DNA of 60,000 nucleotides from the NCBI RefSeq assembly GCF_036321535.1, contig NC_087436.1:121646001-121706000 (forward strand), written 5' to 3'. Below, piece after piece: positions 50,328 to 60,000 of the stretch (its first letter is position 1; each line of letters starts with the position of its first letter). A program made the position numbers and the translations under genes. The DNA is from Camelus dromedarius. Taxonomy: Eukaryota. The notes below the pieces were generated by a model. The model did no database searches. It saw only the letters and a list, made by a program, of their open reading frames with translations, and was not told the DNA's origin.

Positions 50328-53300
50328 TTTTCTTTCTTTTTTTAATTGTGGCATAGTCAGTTTCAATGTGGCAGTTTCTGGTGTACAGCATAATGTTTCA
50401 GTCATATATATACACACATGTATTCCTTTTTACATTCTTTTTCATTATAGGTCACCACAAGATACTGAATGTAGTTCCCTGTGCTGTACAGTGCAAGCTC
50501 GCTGTTCATCTGTTTTTCTGTAGTAGTTAGCATCCGCAAATCTTGGACTGCTGGTTTACCCCTTCCCACTCCCTTTCTCCCTTGGTAGCCATAAATTTGT
50601 TCTCTGTCTGTGAGTCTGCTTCTGTTTGGTAAATAAGTTCAATTGTGTCATTTTCTTAGATTCCATAAATAAGTGAGATCATGTGGTATTTTTCTTTCTC
50701 TTTCTGGCTTAACTTCACTTAGAGTAATGATCCCTAGGTCCATCCATGTTGCTGCAAATGGCACTATTTTATTCTTTTTTTTTTTATAGCTGAGTAGTAT
50801 TCTATTGTATATATACACCACTTCTTCTATATCCAGTCATCTGTCAATGGACATTTAGGTTATTTTCATGTCTTGGCTATTGTAAAGTGCTGCTATGAAC
50901 AGTGGGGTGCCTGTATCTTTTTGAATTAGAGTTCCCTCTGGATATACACCCAGAAGTGGGATTGCTGGATCATATGGTAAGTCTATTTTTAGTCTTTTGA
51001 GGAATCTCCATACTGTTTTCCACAGTGGCTGCACCAAACTGCATTCCCACCAGCAGTGTAGGAGGGTTCCCTTTTCTCCACAGCCTCTCCAGCATTTGCC
51101 ATTTGTGGACTTTTGAATGATGGCCATTCTGGCTGGTGTGAGGTGATACCCCATTGTGGTTTTAATTTCATTTCTCTGATAATTAGTGACATTGGGTATC
51201 TTTTCATGTGCCCATTGTCCATCTGCATGTCTTCTTTGGAGAAATGTCTATTTAAATCTTCTGCCCATTTTTTGATTGGGCTTTTTTGTCTTTTTGATAT
51301 TGAGCTGTGTCAGCTGCTTGTATATTTTGGAAATTAATCCCTTGTCAGTCACATTGTTTGCAAATATTTTCTCCCATTCCATAGGTTGTCTTTTCGTTTT
51401 GTTTATGGTTTCCTTTACTGTGCAAAAGCTTATAAGTTTAATTAGGTCCCATTTGTTTATTTTTATTGTCTGGGTAGACTGCCTAGGAGAACATTGCTAA
51501 GATTTATGTCAGAGAATGTTTTGCCTGTGTTTTCTTCTAGGAGGTTTATAGTGTCTTGTCTTATATTTAAGTCTTTAAGCCATTTTGAGTTTATTTCTGT
51601 GTATGGAGTGAGGGAGTGTTCTAACTTCATTGATTTACACACGGCTGTCCAGCTCTCCCAACACGACTTGCTGAAGAGACTGTCTTTTCTCCATTGTATG
51701 TTCTTACCTCTTTTTGAAGATTAATTGACTGTATGTATGTGGGTTTATTTCTGGGCTCTCTATTCTGTTCCATTGATCCATATTTCTGGTTTTCTCCCGA
51801 TACCACATTGTTTTGTTTTTTTTTTAATTGAAATTTAGTTGACTTATAATGTTAGTTTCAGGTGTACAGCAAAGTGATTCAGTTATACATATACACACAT
51901 ATATATTTTTTTCAGACTCTTTTTCATTATATGTTATTACAAGAAATAAATAGTTCCCTGTTCAATACAGTAGGTCCTTGCCATGCTGTTTTAATTATTA
52001 TAGCTCTGTAGTAGGGTCTGAAGTCTGGGAAGGTTATGCCTCCAGTTTGGTTCTTTTTCTTCAGTAATGCTTTGGCAGTTCTGGGTCTTTTGTGGTTCCA
52101 TATAAATTTTAGGATTATTTGTTCTAGCTCTGTGAAAAATGTCCTGGACAACTTGATGGAGATCACATTAAATCTGTAGATTGCTTTGTGTAGTATGGCC
52201 ATTTTAATCATATCCTTCAAATCCAAGGGCAAGGGGTAACTTTCCATTTCTTTAAATCATCTCTAATTTCCTTAATCAATGTTTTTTAGTTCTTCATGTA
52301 TAAGTCTTCCACCTCCTTGGTCAGGCTTATTTCTGAGTATTTTTTTTTTTTGATGCAATTTTAAAAGGGATTTTTTTTTTTTTACTTGCCTTTTCTGATG
52401 TATCGTTATTAGTGTAAGAAATGCAACTGATGTCTGTATGTTAATCTTGTATCCTGCTACCTTGCCGAATTCTTTTATCAGCTCTAATAGTTTTTGTGTG
52501 GAACTCTTAAGGTTTTCTATATATAGTATCATGTCATCTGTATATAGTGATAATTCTACCTCTGTCTTCCTATTTGAAGTTCTTTTGTTTCTTTTTCTTG
52601 TCTGACTGCTGTGGCTAGCAGTGTCAATACTATGTTAGATAGAAGTGGTGAAAGCGGGCATCCTTATTTGCTCCAGATTTCAGTGGGAGGGCTTTCAACT
52701 TTTCACCATTGAGTATTATGTTGTCTGCCAGTTTGTCACAAATAGCTTTTATTATGTTGAGATATGTTCCCTCTACACCTACTTTGGTAAGAGTTTTTAT
52801 CATAAATGGGTGTTGAATTTTAGCAAGTGCTTTTTTATTTTGCATCTATTGAGATGATCATGTGATTTTTGCCCTCTCTTCTGTTAATGTGATGTATCAC
52901 ACTGATTGACTTGTGTATGTTGAACCATCCTGGTGTCCCTGGCATGAATCCAACTTGATCATAGTGTATGATCTTTTTTATGTGTTGTTGGATTCTTCAT
53001 GCTAATATTTTGTTGAGAATAATCACATTTATATTTATCAAATATATTGGTGTGTTATTTTCTTTTTTGGTAGTGTCTTTGTCTGATTTTTATATCAGGG
53101 TGATGGTGGCTTCATAGAATGAGTTTGGGAATATTTCCTCCTTTCAGTCTTTTGGAAGACTTTGAGAAGGATCCGTACGAGTTCTTCATATGTTTGGTAG
53201 AATTCCCCAGTGAAGCCACCTGGTCCTGGATTTTTGTTTGCATGGAGGTTTTTAAATGATGATTCTATTTCACTTCTAGTGATTGGTCTGTTCAAATTAT

Positions 53301-53798
53301 ATATTTCTCCTTGATTCAGTCTTGGTGGACTGTATGTATCTAGAAATTTGTCCATTTCTTCCCGCTTGTCCAGTTTGTTGCTATATAGTTGTTCATAGTG
53401 TTCTCTTGTGGTTTTTTATATTTATGTGGTGTTGGCAGTAATTTTTCCACCTCCGTTTCTTATTTTTTTTAATTTGTGTTCTCTCTCTTTTCTTTTTGGT
53501 GAGCCTAGCCAGAGGTATGTTGCTTTTGTTTACTTTTTAAAAAAAACCAACTCTCGGTTTGATTGATTTTTTTTTCTATTTTTAATCTCTATTTTATTTA
53601 TTTCCTACCTGATCTTTGTTATTTCTTTCCTTCTGCTGACTTTAGGTTTTGTTTGCTCTTCTTTTTCTAATTCTTTTAGATGATATGTCAGGTTGCTTAT
53701 TTGAGATTGTCCTTGTTTTTTTGAGAAAGGACTGTATTGCTATGAACTTCCCTCTTAGGACTGCTTTTGCTGCATCCCATAGATTTTTGTATGGTTGT
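50328..53798 (-). mobile_element. 5'-truncated L1 (~3.5 kb, ORF2 + 3'UTR), inactive
   Basis: ORF2 peptides in the ORF track ([52 protein letters not shown]) broken by frameshifts. Possible TSD tgtattca(c/t)tatt at 50315-50327 and 53799-53811. Confidence 0.95.
51815..51980 (-). mobile_element. Short L1 3' tail nested within the larger L1
   Basis: Poly-T + aattgaaatttagttgacttataatgttagtttcaggtgtacagc...cagtaggtccttg, flanked by ccacattgtttt / ccatgctgtttt. Confidence 0.85.
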
Positions 53799-54071
53799 TG
53801 TATTCATTATTCTGATATAGAGACTTTAGTTGAGAAATGCCTGAGAGAACTCCCTCCTACACTTCCTTGTTACTAAAATGTAACCACAATACATTTCCAG
53901 TCTGAGCACTTTTCCTCTAACGTGGGAACCAACACCTAGGGAAGATCATTCCTGGCATCTAGGGACAAAAGGCCACTGAGTGTTGGTAGCAAACAAACAA
54001 ACAAACAAAACTCTGACTCTTTTCTTGATCAGTCATGCTTTCAGAGAAAGATCTTGACCAAAAAAGGGAAA

Positions 54072-54850
54072 TGGTGAAAATTAATAAAAGGAAACCTACT
54101 AGAATAGAGTCAGCAAGACAGAAGGGGAAGCGCTCATCCATGTACTGCTTCACATCAATACAGACACACCCTGGAGATACTGTGGGTTTGGTTTCAGACT
54201 ACTACAATAAAGCAAATATCACAATAAAGCAAGTTGTGTGAATTTTTTGGTTTCCCAGTGCATATAAACATTCTGTTTACACTACACTATAGTCTGTTAA
54301 GTGTGCAACGGCATTATGCCTAAAAAATGCACATACCTTAATTCAAAAAATAATGTTGGAAAAGGGGTGCTGATAGACTTGCTTGACACTGTACAGTTCT
54401 CACAAACCCTCAGTTTGTAAAAGATACAATATCTGCAAAGTGCAACAAAGTAAAATATCATAAAACAAGGTATGTCCATACAGAACCCAGTAGGGTGAGA
54501 TTTATCTTGCATTTCTGGCAAGAAGTGACATTACTTTACCACCACCGATAGGAAGAAGAAAGACTTTCTCCATTCCTGGTGACACCTCAGCCAGTGGGAG
54601 ACTGCCACCGTCCAGCCAGTGAACGGTCACTTTACTTTGAACTCCCAGTTTCCTCTGACGGGCTTTTTGTTTATAGCAGCCCTGCTCAGCTCCCCCTTCT
54701 CCTCTGTAAAGGAGTTTCCTCTCCTTGGCTTTGTGGGACTTGCAGAGGTGTGTCATAGCTGCATGTCCAGCACTGCAGTTCTTTGCTGCTCATGAATAGA
54801 CCTATCTTGCTAGTAAAAATAACTGGCTATTTAACTGTTTTAGGTTAATA
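54072..54850 (+). mobile_element. Provirus 3' LTR (interrupted by a Tigger MITE)
   Basis: gtgaaaattaataaaagg...ttctttgctgctcatgaatagacc...taggttaata is homologous to 43228-43741. Confidence 0.8.
54161..54478 (-). mobile_element. Tigger1-derived MITE in the 3' LTR
   Basis: TA TSDs at 54159-54160 and 54479-54480. Same deletion structure as 48955-49265 but in the opposite orientation. Confidence 0.9.
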
Positions 54851-55781
54851 ATGATTAACCCATTACGTCTGATGTATTTTAAAAAGTTTATCAGTGAGTA
54901 GGTTTTAAGTAAAATATGTTTTTTAAAGGGCCAGTCTTTTCTTTGGAGTGAACAGGGTTTGAACGCCACAGCCCTGCAGAGGTAACCTTTTACTGCACAA
55001 ATCCAAACACTGTAGAGTTGCAGGACATGGAAATCCAGTGTTCCCAGTGTCTGCTCCCACCTAGCTTTATGTTGGGTCCCTTTGTGGAGCAGTTTCTTCA
55101 CATCTTTGTCTCAGGTTATCTGAGTAAGGACAATGGATTTGGTCCTGGGCATAGGAGAACCTGGGGAGTAGGTGAGGGGTGGGAGAGGGTCAGAGAAGGT
55201 GGCTGGGATGGGAGGCCAACCCACAGAGAGGGTAAGAAGGGCGGGCAGTGGCCAAGCTGCCCCTAGAAATGAGGGCTCTTTCCTCAACCTGGTGCTCTTT
55301 TTCAGGGGTGTGGGGATCAAACCATTTTATTCAGAGGCTTTGGCTGGGGGGTGTCAGAGGCCTGGGAGGACAATTAGATCCGACTTCCACATTTCGGCTA
55401 GGAGCTTCCCTAGCAGTCTGGTATTTTTTCTAATGCACCTGTGTACCAAAAGCAAGGACATCACACACAAAAAGCAAATGGTAGAAATATTACCCAGTGT
55501 AATGGCTTGGCATCTGTGTGGTCTTGGCTGGGAAGGTGTGGAGACATTTGGAGGCAGAGGGTTTGCCTGTTCTTCCATTTGCGATGGCAGGTACAGCAGG
55601 ACCAAATAGCTTGCACCAGGAGCCGGAACGGGCTCACCACGCAGGCTCCCCAGGACCACGCCCTGTCCCCTGGTCTTTCTCTGCGTTCTATCTCTCCCCT
55701 CTTCCAAGGGCAGAGGGGACATATCTTCAGATGTCAGGTACCTTATAAAAAAGTCTGTGTGCTACCCAGCAGCACCCTCCC

Positions 55782-56158
55782 TGTTAGGGACTGAATTGTG
55801 TCCCCCAAATTCATATGTTGAAGCCCTACCCACGCCATACCCACCATGGGACTGTATTTGGAGATAAGGCTTTTACAGATGGAATTAAGGTTAAATGAAG
55901 TCATAAAGGTGGGCCCTAATCCCATAGGACCGGTGTCCTTGTGAGATGAGAGACGCTGGGGGTGTACACAGAGGAAAGGCCACGTGAGGCCCCGGTGAGG
56001 GGGTGTCCATCTGCAACCCAAGGACAGTGGCCTCAGGAGAAACAAGACCTGCGGGCAGCTCGAACTTCCAACCTCTAGGGCTGTGAGAAAGTAAGTTTCT
56101 GTTGTTGGTGCTCCCTGTCTGCGGCATTTTGTTACGGCAGCCTGAGCTGACCAGGACA
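55782..56158 (+). mobile_element. MaLR MLT1A-type solo LTR, full length
   Basis: tgttagggactgaattgtgtcccccaaattcatatgttgaagcccta...tttgttacggcagcctgagctgaccaggaca; TSD-like ctccc / ctcac. Confidence 0.9.
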
Positions 56159-57119
56159 CTCACTTTCCTACAACTGGGAACTTTGTGTTGTGAACACCTC
56201 AGGACCCGTGAAGGGAGCAGGGTTGGGTGGGGAGCATGGCCGCTAGTACGTGCACGTGTGAGGGTGGTTGCTGGCATGAGCCGTGCCAGGGGCCTACCCC
56301 ACTGGCTGCTATTCACTGCATGGGCTTGGCTTCCTGGGGAGGCTCCCAGCTTCTCCACAGCTTCCTTCTTGGCACAGCTGCATCCAGAGACTGATCACAG
56401 CAAGGGCTGAAGTCCCAATGTCCAGATAGAGGGGAAGGAGGTCAGGAAAAGGCCACAGGCCCCAATCAGACCTGAAGTAAGAGGCCAGGGTGGGAGACCT
56501 TTGGAGGAATTCAGGTAGTTCTCCATCAGGCAGGAAGTCAGAGCTGAAGAAATGATCTCTCCGCTGGAGACAAGTACAGTGTCTACCTGTGCTTTCCACC
56601 TCTCTCCCTCCTTCCTGGTCACATGGTCACCTGGTGACCTCCATTGGAAAGCCCATGGCCCCGTTCCTAGAGTAAGACCCCACCTCCATGCAGGGCCTGA
56701 GCCCTCTGGATCTGGCCCCTACCCCCTCCCTGCCCACCCCAGGCCACACTCTAGATGTCAGGCCTGAACTCCCCCCAGGCTAGCATACGTGTTCTCTGCT
56801 GGCGACCCACTGACTCAAGTCTAGGCTTGCTCCTTCTCATCCTTCCGGTTGCAGCTGAGACTCCTCTCCTCTCTGGTCACCCTCTGGATTCTCTTCCTTA
56901 TCTCCTTACTGTTTTCTTAAACCACTTTTACCCCCTTCCTTTCCTGTACAAAGTTTCCTTATTTTGTAATTATTCTTTTGTTTTTTTTGAAGGGGGTTCT
57001 GTCTCCACCATTAGAATGTTTGCACATGAATTCCCAGTGCCCAGCTGAAGATGTTGGCTACTTCTCATGGTAACTTACCGAATCCTCTCAACACCCTGAA
57101 AGGTGGATGTTGTTGGAAT

Positions 57120-57975
57120 TCTGTCATCCCTCATCCACAATTCTGAAATGCAAAAACCTCAGAAAACCAAAATTCTTTTCTTAACCTTGATGTGAAATCT
57201 GACTTGAACAGCTGAATGGCTATAAGGCTTTTCATGGTCTTTATCTATCTCACTTAATTTCAATGGTCATTTTGTCTTTGTAGAATTTTTTAAAATTGAA
57301 GTATAGTCAGTTTACAATATGGCAATTTCTGGTGTAGTCTTTGCAGAGACTTTAGTGTATCTGGTCTTGGGTGCTCTCCCATGCCCCAGTGGGAGCACTG
57401 AGTCATGAACTACTTGGCTAGTTGTCTGTTGCTGTGTAACAAAGTGTCACAATGAACATTCATTATGTCATACAGCTTCAATGGATCAGGACTTTGGAAG
57501 CAGCTTAGCTGGGTGGTTCTGACCCAGGGTCTCCCAAGGGGTCACAGTTAAGAGTTAGCCGGCTGGAGGATGTGGTTCCCAGGTAGCTCATTTACTACGG
57601 TGGGCAAGTTGATGATGCCTGTTGGCGTGAAGCCTCGTTTCCTCATCACATGGACCTCTTCACAGGGCTGCTTGAGTGTCTTTGTGATACAATGGGAAGC
57701 TTCTCCCAGAGTGAATGATCTGAGAGGGCAAAGCAGTAACCACGATTGTCTTTTGTGTCCTAGCTGCAGAAATCACACTTCATCTTTTCTGCAGTACCCT
57801 CGTGGTAACACAGGTCAGCCCTAAGCAGTGCGTCACAGGGTGAAATCCCAAGAGCGTAGAAACCAGGAGTGGGATCTCTTCTGGATGCCCGCTGCCCCAG
57901 TTAAATGCACCTGCCTCAAGTCCAGACTCTGAATTTCAAAATACATGTGACCAGAATGTTGGGTGAGAGACTGGG
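57120..57975 (+). mobile_element. MER46C-like Tigger element split by an MLT1-type LTR (~57415-57895, minus) and a 52-bp L1 tail (57285-57336)
   Basis: atccacaattctgaaatgcaaaaacctcagaaaacc...ctctgaatttcaaaatacat; MLT1 block gcagcttagctgggtggttctg...acagggctgcttgagtgtc; L1 tail TSD gtctttg(t/c)aga. Confidence 0.7.
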
Positions 57976-58399
57976 GTGCCCATTTTGCAGGTGAGAACCA
58001 GGCTCAAGGACAGCTGAATTACGTGCGGGAGGTTACACTTATACCAAGAGCAAAGAGGACTCGCCCATCTCTGACAGCTCCGGGGCCAGCGCCAGTGCTC
58101 CTTCGTTTCTCCACCACTGCCTCAGCCAACCAGAGGGCGTCATTCCTAACCTTATCCACGCGAACCGTGGGCTTGCAGGGGCAGGCGCCGTGCACTCCAT
58201 CCTCTAGTCCCACACCACACGCCTAGCGGGTAGGGGACAACTGGCTCTGACTTCCCTCTGCAGCGGAGGAAGTGTGAGCTGGCTTTGGTTACACACTTGT
58301 CTGGTTCTATAAGCCTGTGAGTGTTTTCCCTGGTCTCTGCCCAAGCTTGGCTATGGATTACATAAAGGGGTAATGGTGTTACCTAGAACGCCATGGTGC

Positions 58400-60000
58400 C
58401 CTCAGGGGACCCGCGGGGAGCGGAGCGCAGGCACGCAGAGAAGGGGCCGGCAGAAGGTTCCGTGGAACTTTGAAAGGCCACAGGTGTGCTTGGGCATCAT
58501 TGTGGAGGAAACAGACTTTGAAAAAGAAAATGGCCGTGGAGCCACGAAGAAACCTCCGGAGTCGGTCTGGGAATTTGGGAGGAAGGAAAGGGATGGAGAA
58601 ACGAGGGCAGGAAAGAGCCAGCTCGCTCCTGTCTTCTGCCGTAAGAATAGTTCTTGCGGCTTTAGAGAGGGGACGCGGGGTCTGGAGTCCTGCTCTGGGC
58701 CGCTGCCGCGCGCCCCGGTGTGCAGGGCACCTCGCGGCGCTCAGCTCCTGGAATGTCGCCCTTCTCTTGTTGCTCGGTGTCACCAACCAGCCTGCAGCCC
58801 GGGTGTTCGGACCCACGCTCAGGTCCAACACTTGGGGTCGTCTTTGGTCACTTCTTTCCCTTTCATCAGTAGTTGCATCAGAGACCGCTCAACCCCTCTT
58901 CTCGTCCGGGCCGACTTTCCGAAATCAACCCCCTACGCGGGGCGATGGGGCCGCCGGGGCAGGCCAGGCACCCGCGGGTGGACAGGATACGCGACGGGGC
59001 CGGGATGGGGGCAGGCGAGGTCCTGGCGACCAGGACAGGGACCAGGATCTCGGAAGTGGGCGGGCCTGGGGTGGGGCGGGGCTGGCCGCTCGGCGGTGGG
59101 CGGGGCCAGGGTCTCCACGGGGCGGAAACCGGCTCTCTGCGGTGGGCGGGGCCGGAATGGGGTCGGGCCCTGGCCGCTGGGAGGTGGGTGGGGCCGGGAT
59201 CTCGGAAGTGGGCGGGCCTGGGATCTCCGCGGAGCCGAGCCGGCTTTCCGCGGTGGGCGGGGCGGGCCGGGAAAAGTTCCCGGAAGGCGGGCCCCGCGTC
59301 CGGACCCGGTGCGGAAGTTGCCGGCGCCGCGCGCCCTCGGGCCAGGCCCGCAGCCATGTCGTCGGGGGACGCGGGGTCCGGGGGGCGGGAGGGGGCCCCG
59401 CGCACGGCTGCCGCGCTCTGCGGCCTGTACCACGAGGCCGGGCAGCGGCTGAGGCGCCTGCAGGACCAGCTGGCCGCCCGAGACGCCCTCATAGCGCGCC
59501 TCCGCGCCCGTCTGGCCGCGCTCGAGGGGGACGCGGCGCCGTCGCTCGTGGACGCGCTGCTGGAGCAGGTGGCGCGCTTCCGGGAGCAGCTCCGGCAGCG
59601 GGAAGGCAGCGCCGCGGAGGCCGCGCTGCGCCAGGTGCGGGGGCCGCGCGAGCCGCGCTTCCTCGGCGCGCGGGGCGGCGTGTGCCCGCGTCGCCCCTGG
59701 CGGGTGTCTGCGCCCGAGTTGAGTTTGAGGGCGTGTGCCGGGGAGCGCGCGTCCGGGCTGGGCTCCGCGCGGCGCGCGCCGTGGGAGGGCTCGCGGCTGC
59801 GCGTCCGCGTCGGGGTCCGAGGGCGGCGGAGGGCTGGGCCGCCTGTTTGAGCTCTGCGGCGGGGGTGCTTGTGCTGGCCGGGGCGGCGTTCCTTGTGCGG
59901 CCGCAGCGGTGGGTGCTGCCGAGCCCGGCCTGAGGGTTGCGTGTCGAGTCGATTCTGAGGGGCAAGAGCCCGCTAGTGTCTGCGGGGTGTGGACGTGTAG
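58400..60000. promoter_or_regulatory. CpG island / TNIP2 promoter
   Basis: CpG-dense. ETS motifs CGGAAGT at 59051, 59203 and 59312, many GGGCGG boxes, and TTCCCGGAA at 59277-59285. Confidence 0.88.
59356..59634 (+). CDS. TNIP2: TNIP2 (ABIN-2) coding exon 1, 93 codons
   Basis: gccATG at 59356 reads [93 protein letters not shown], then GTgcgg (phase 0). Recognised ABIN-2 N-terminal coiled coil; the head-to-head arrangement with SH3BP2 matches known synteny. Confidence 0.96.

Larger units (their letters stand above)
43228..54850 (+). mobile_element. Decayed ERV1-class (gammaretrovirus-like) provirus with two LTRs
   Basis: Homologous LTRs at both ends, gag zinc knuckle, protease, RT, RNase H and integrase remnants, and polypurine tract aaaaagggaaa (54061-54071) before the 3' LTR. 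Confidence 0.88.

Noticed and set aside
50030..54070. Captured env gene (syncytin/HEMO-like) in the provirus
   Set aside because: The env position is mostly deleted and occupied by an L1; no env ORF, furin site or immunosuppressive domain is visible.
58373..59965. Long overlapping ORFs (487, 359, 325 and 204 aa) around TNIP2 exon 1
   Set aside because: These reflect stop-codon scarcity in a CpG island and give Gly/Arg/Pro/Ala low-complexity peptides. Only 59356-59634 matches a real protein. The open in-frame upstream stretch has no ATG and overlaps the promoter motifs.

Overview
GC-rich mammalian genomic DNA, almost certainly from a camelid (camel/alpaca lineage), judged from three tRNA-derived Vic-1-type SINEs and artiodactyl-type L1 3' ends. 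The window spans the head-to-head SH3BP2 / TNIP2 locus. On the minus strand is the 5' part of SH3BP2 (3BP2 adaptor): a distal non-coding first exon in a CpG island at ~25.0-25.2 kb, two alternative coding first exons (8860-8942 and 3323-3486) that splice in frame onto the ATG exon (1471-1610), and the next PH-domain exon (406-508). On the plus strand is coding exon 1 of TNIP2/ABIN-2 (59356-59634) in a CpG island. The ~34 kb between the two promoters is rich in repeats. It is dominated by a decayed ~11.6 kb ERV1 (gammaretrovirus-like) provirus (43228-54850) with both LTRs and gag/pro/pol remnants, into which a solo LTR, two Tigger1 MITEs, a 3.5 kb L1, L1 tails and a SINE inserted later. Nearly all long ORFs in the supplied track are GC-rich noise. 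I see no convincing novel protein-coding system. The best leads are regulatory or structural: a nested solo LTR with a palindromic GAS pair plus an AP-1 site between two immune-signalling genes, a candidate 50-nt cassette exon in SH3BP2, and a ~300-bp direct repeat bracketing the SH3BP2 start-codon exon. Repeat family names and comparisons to human proteins are recalled from memory, not from database searches.
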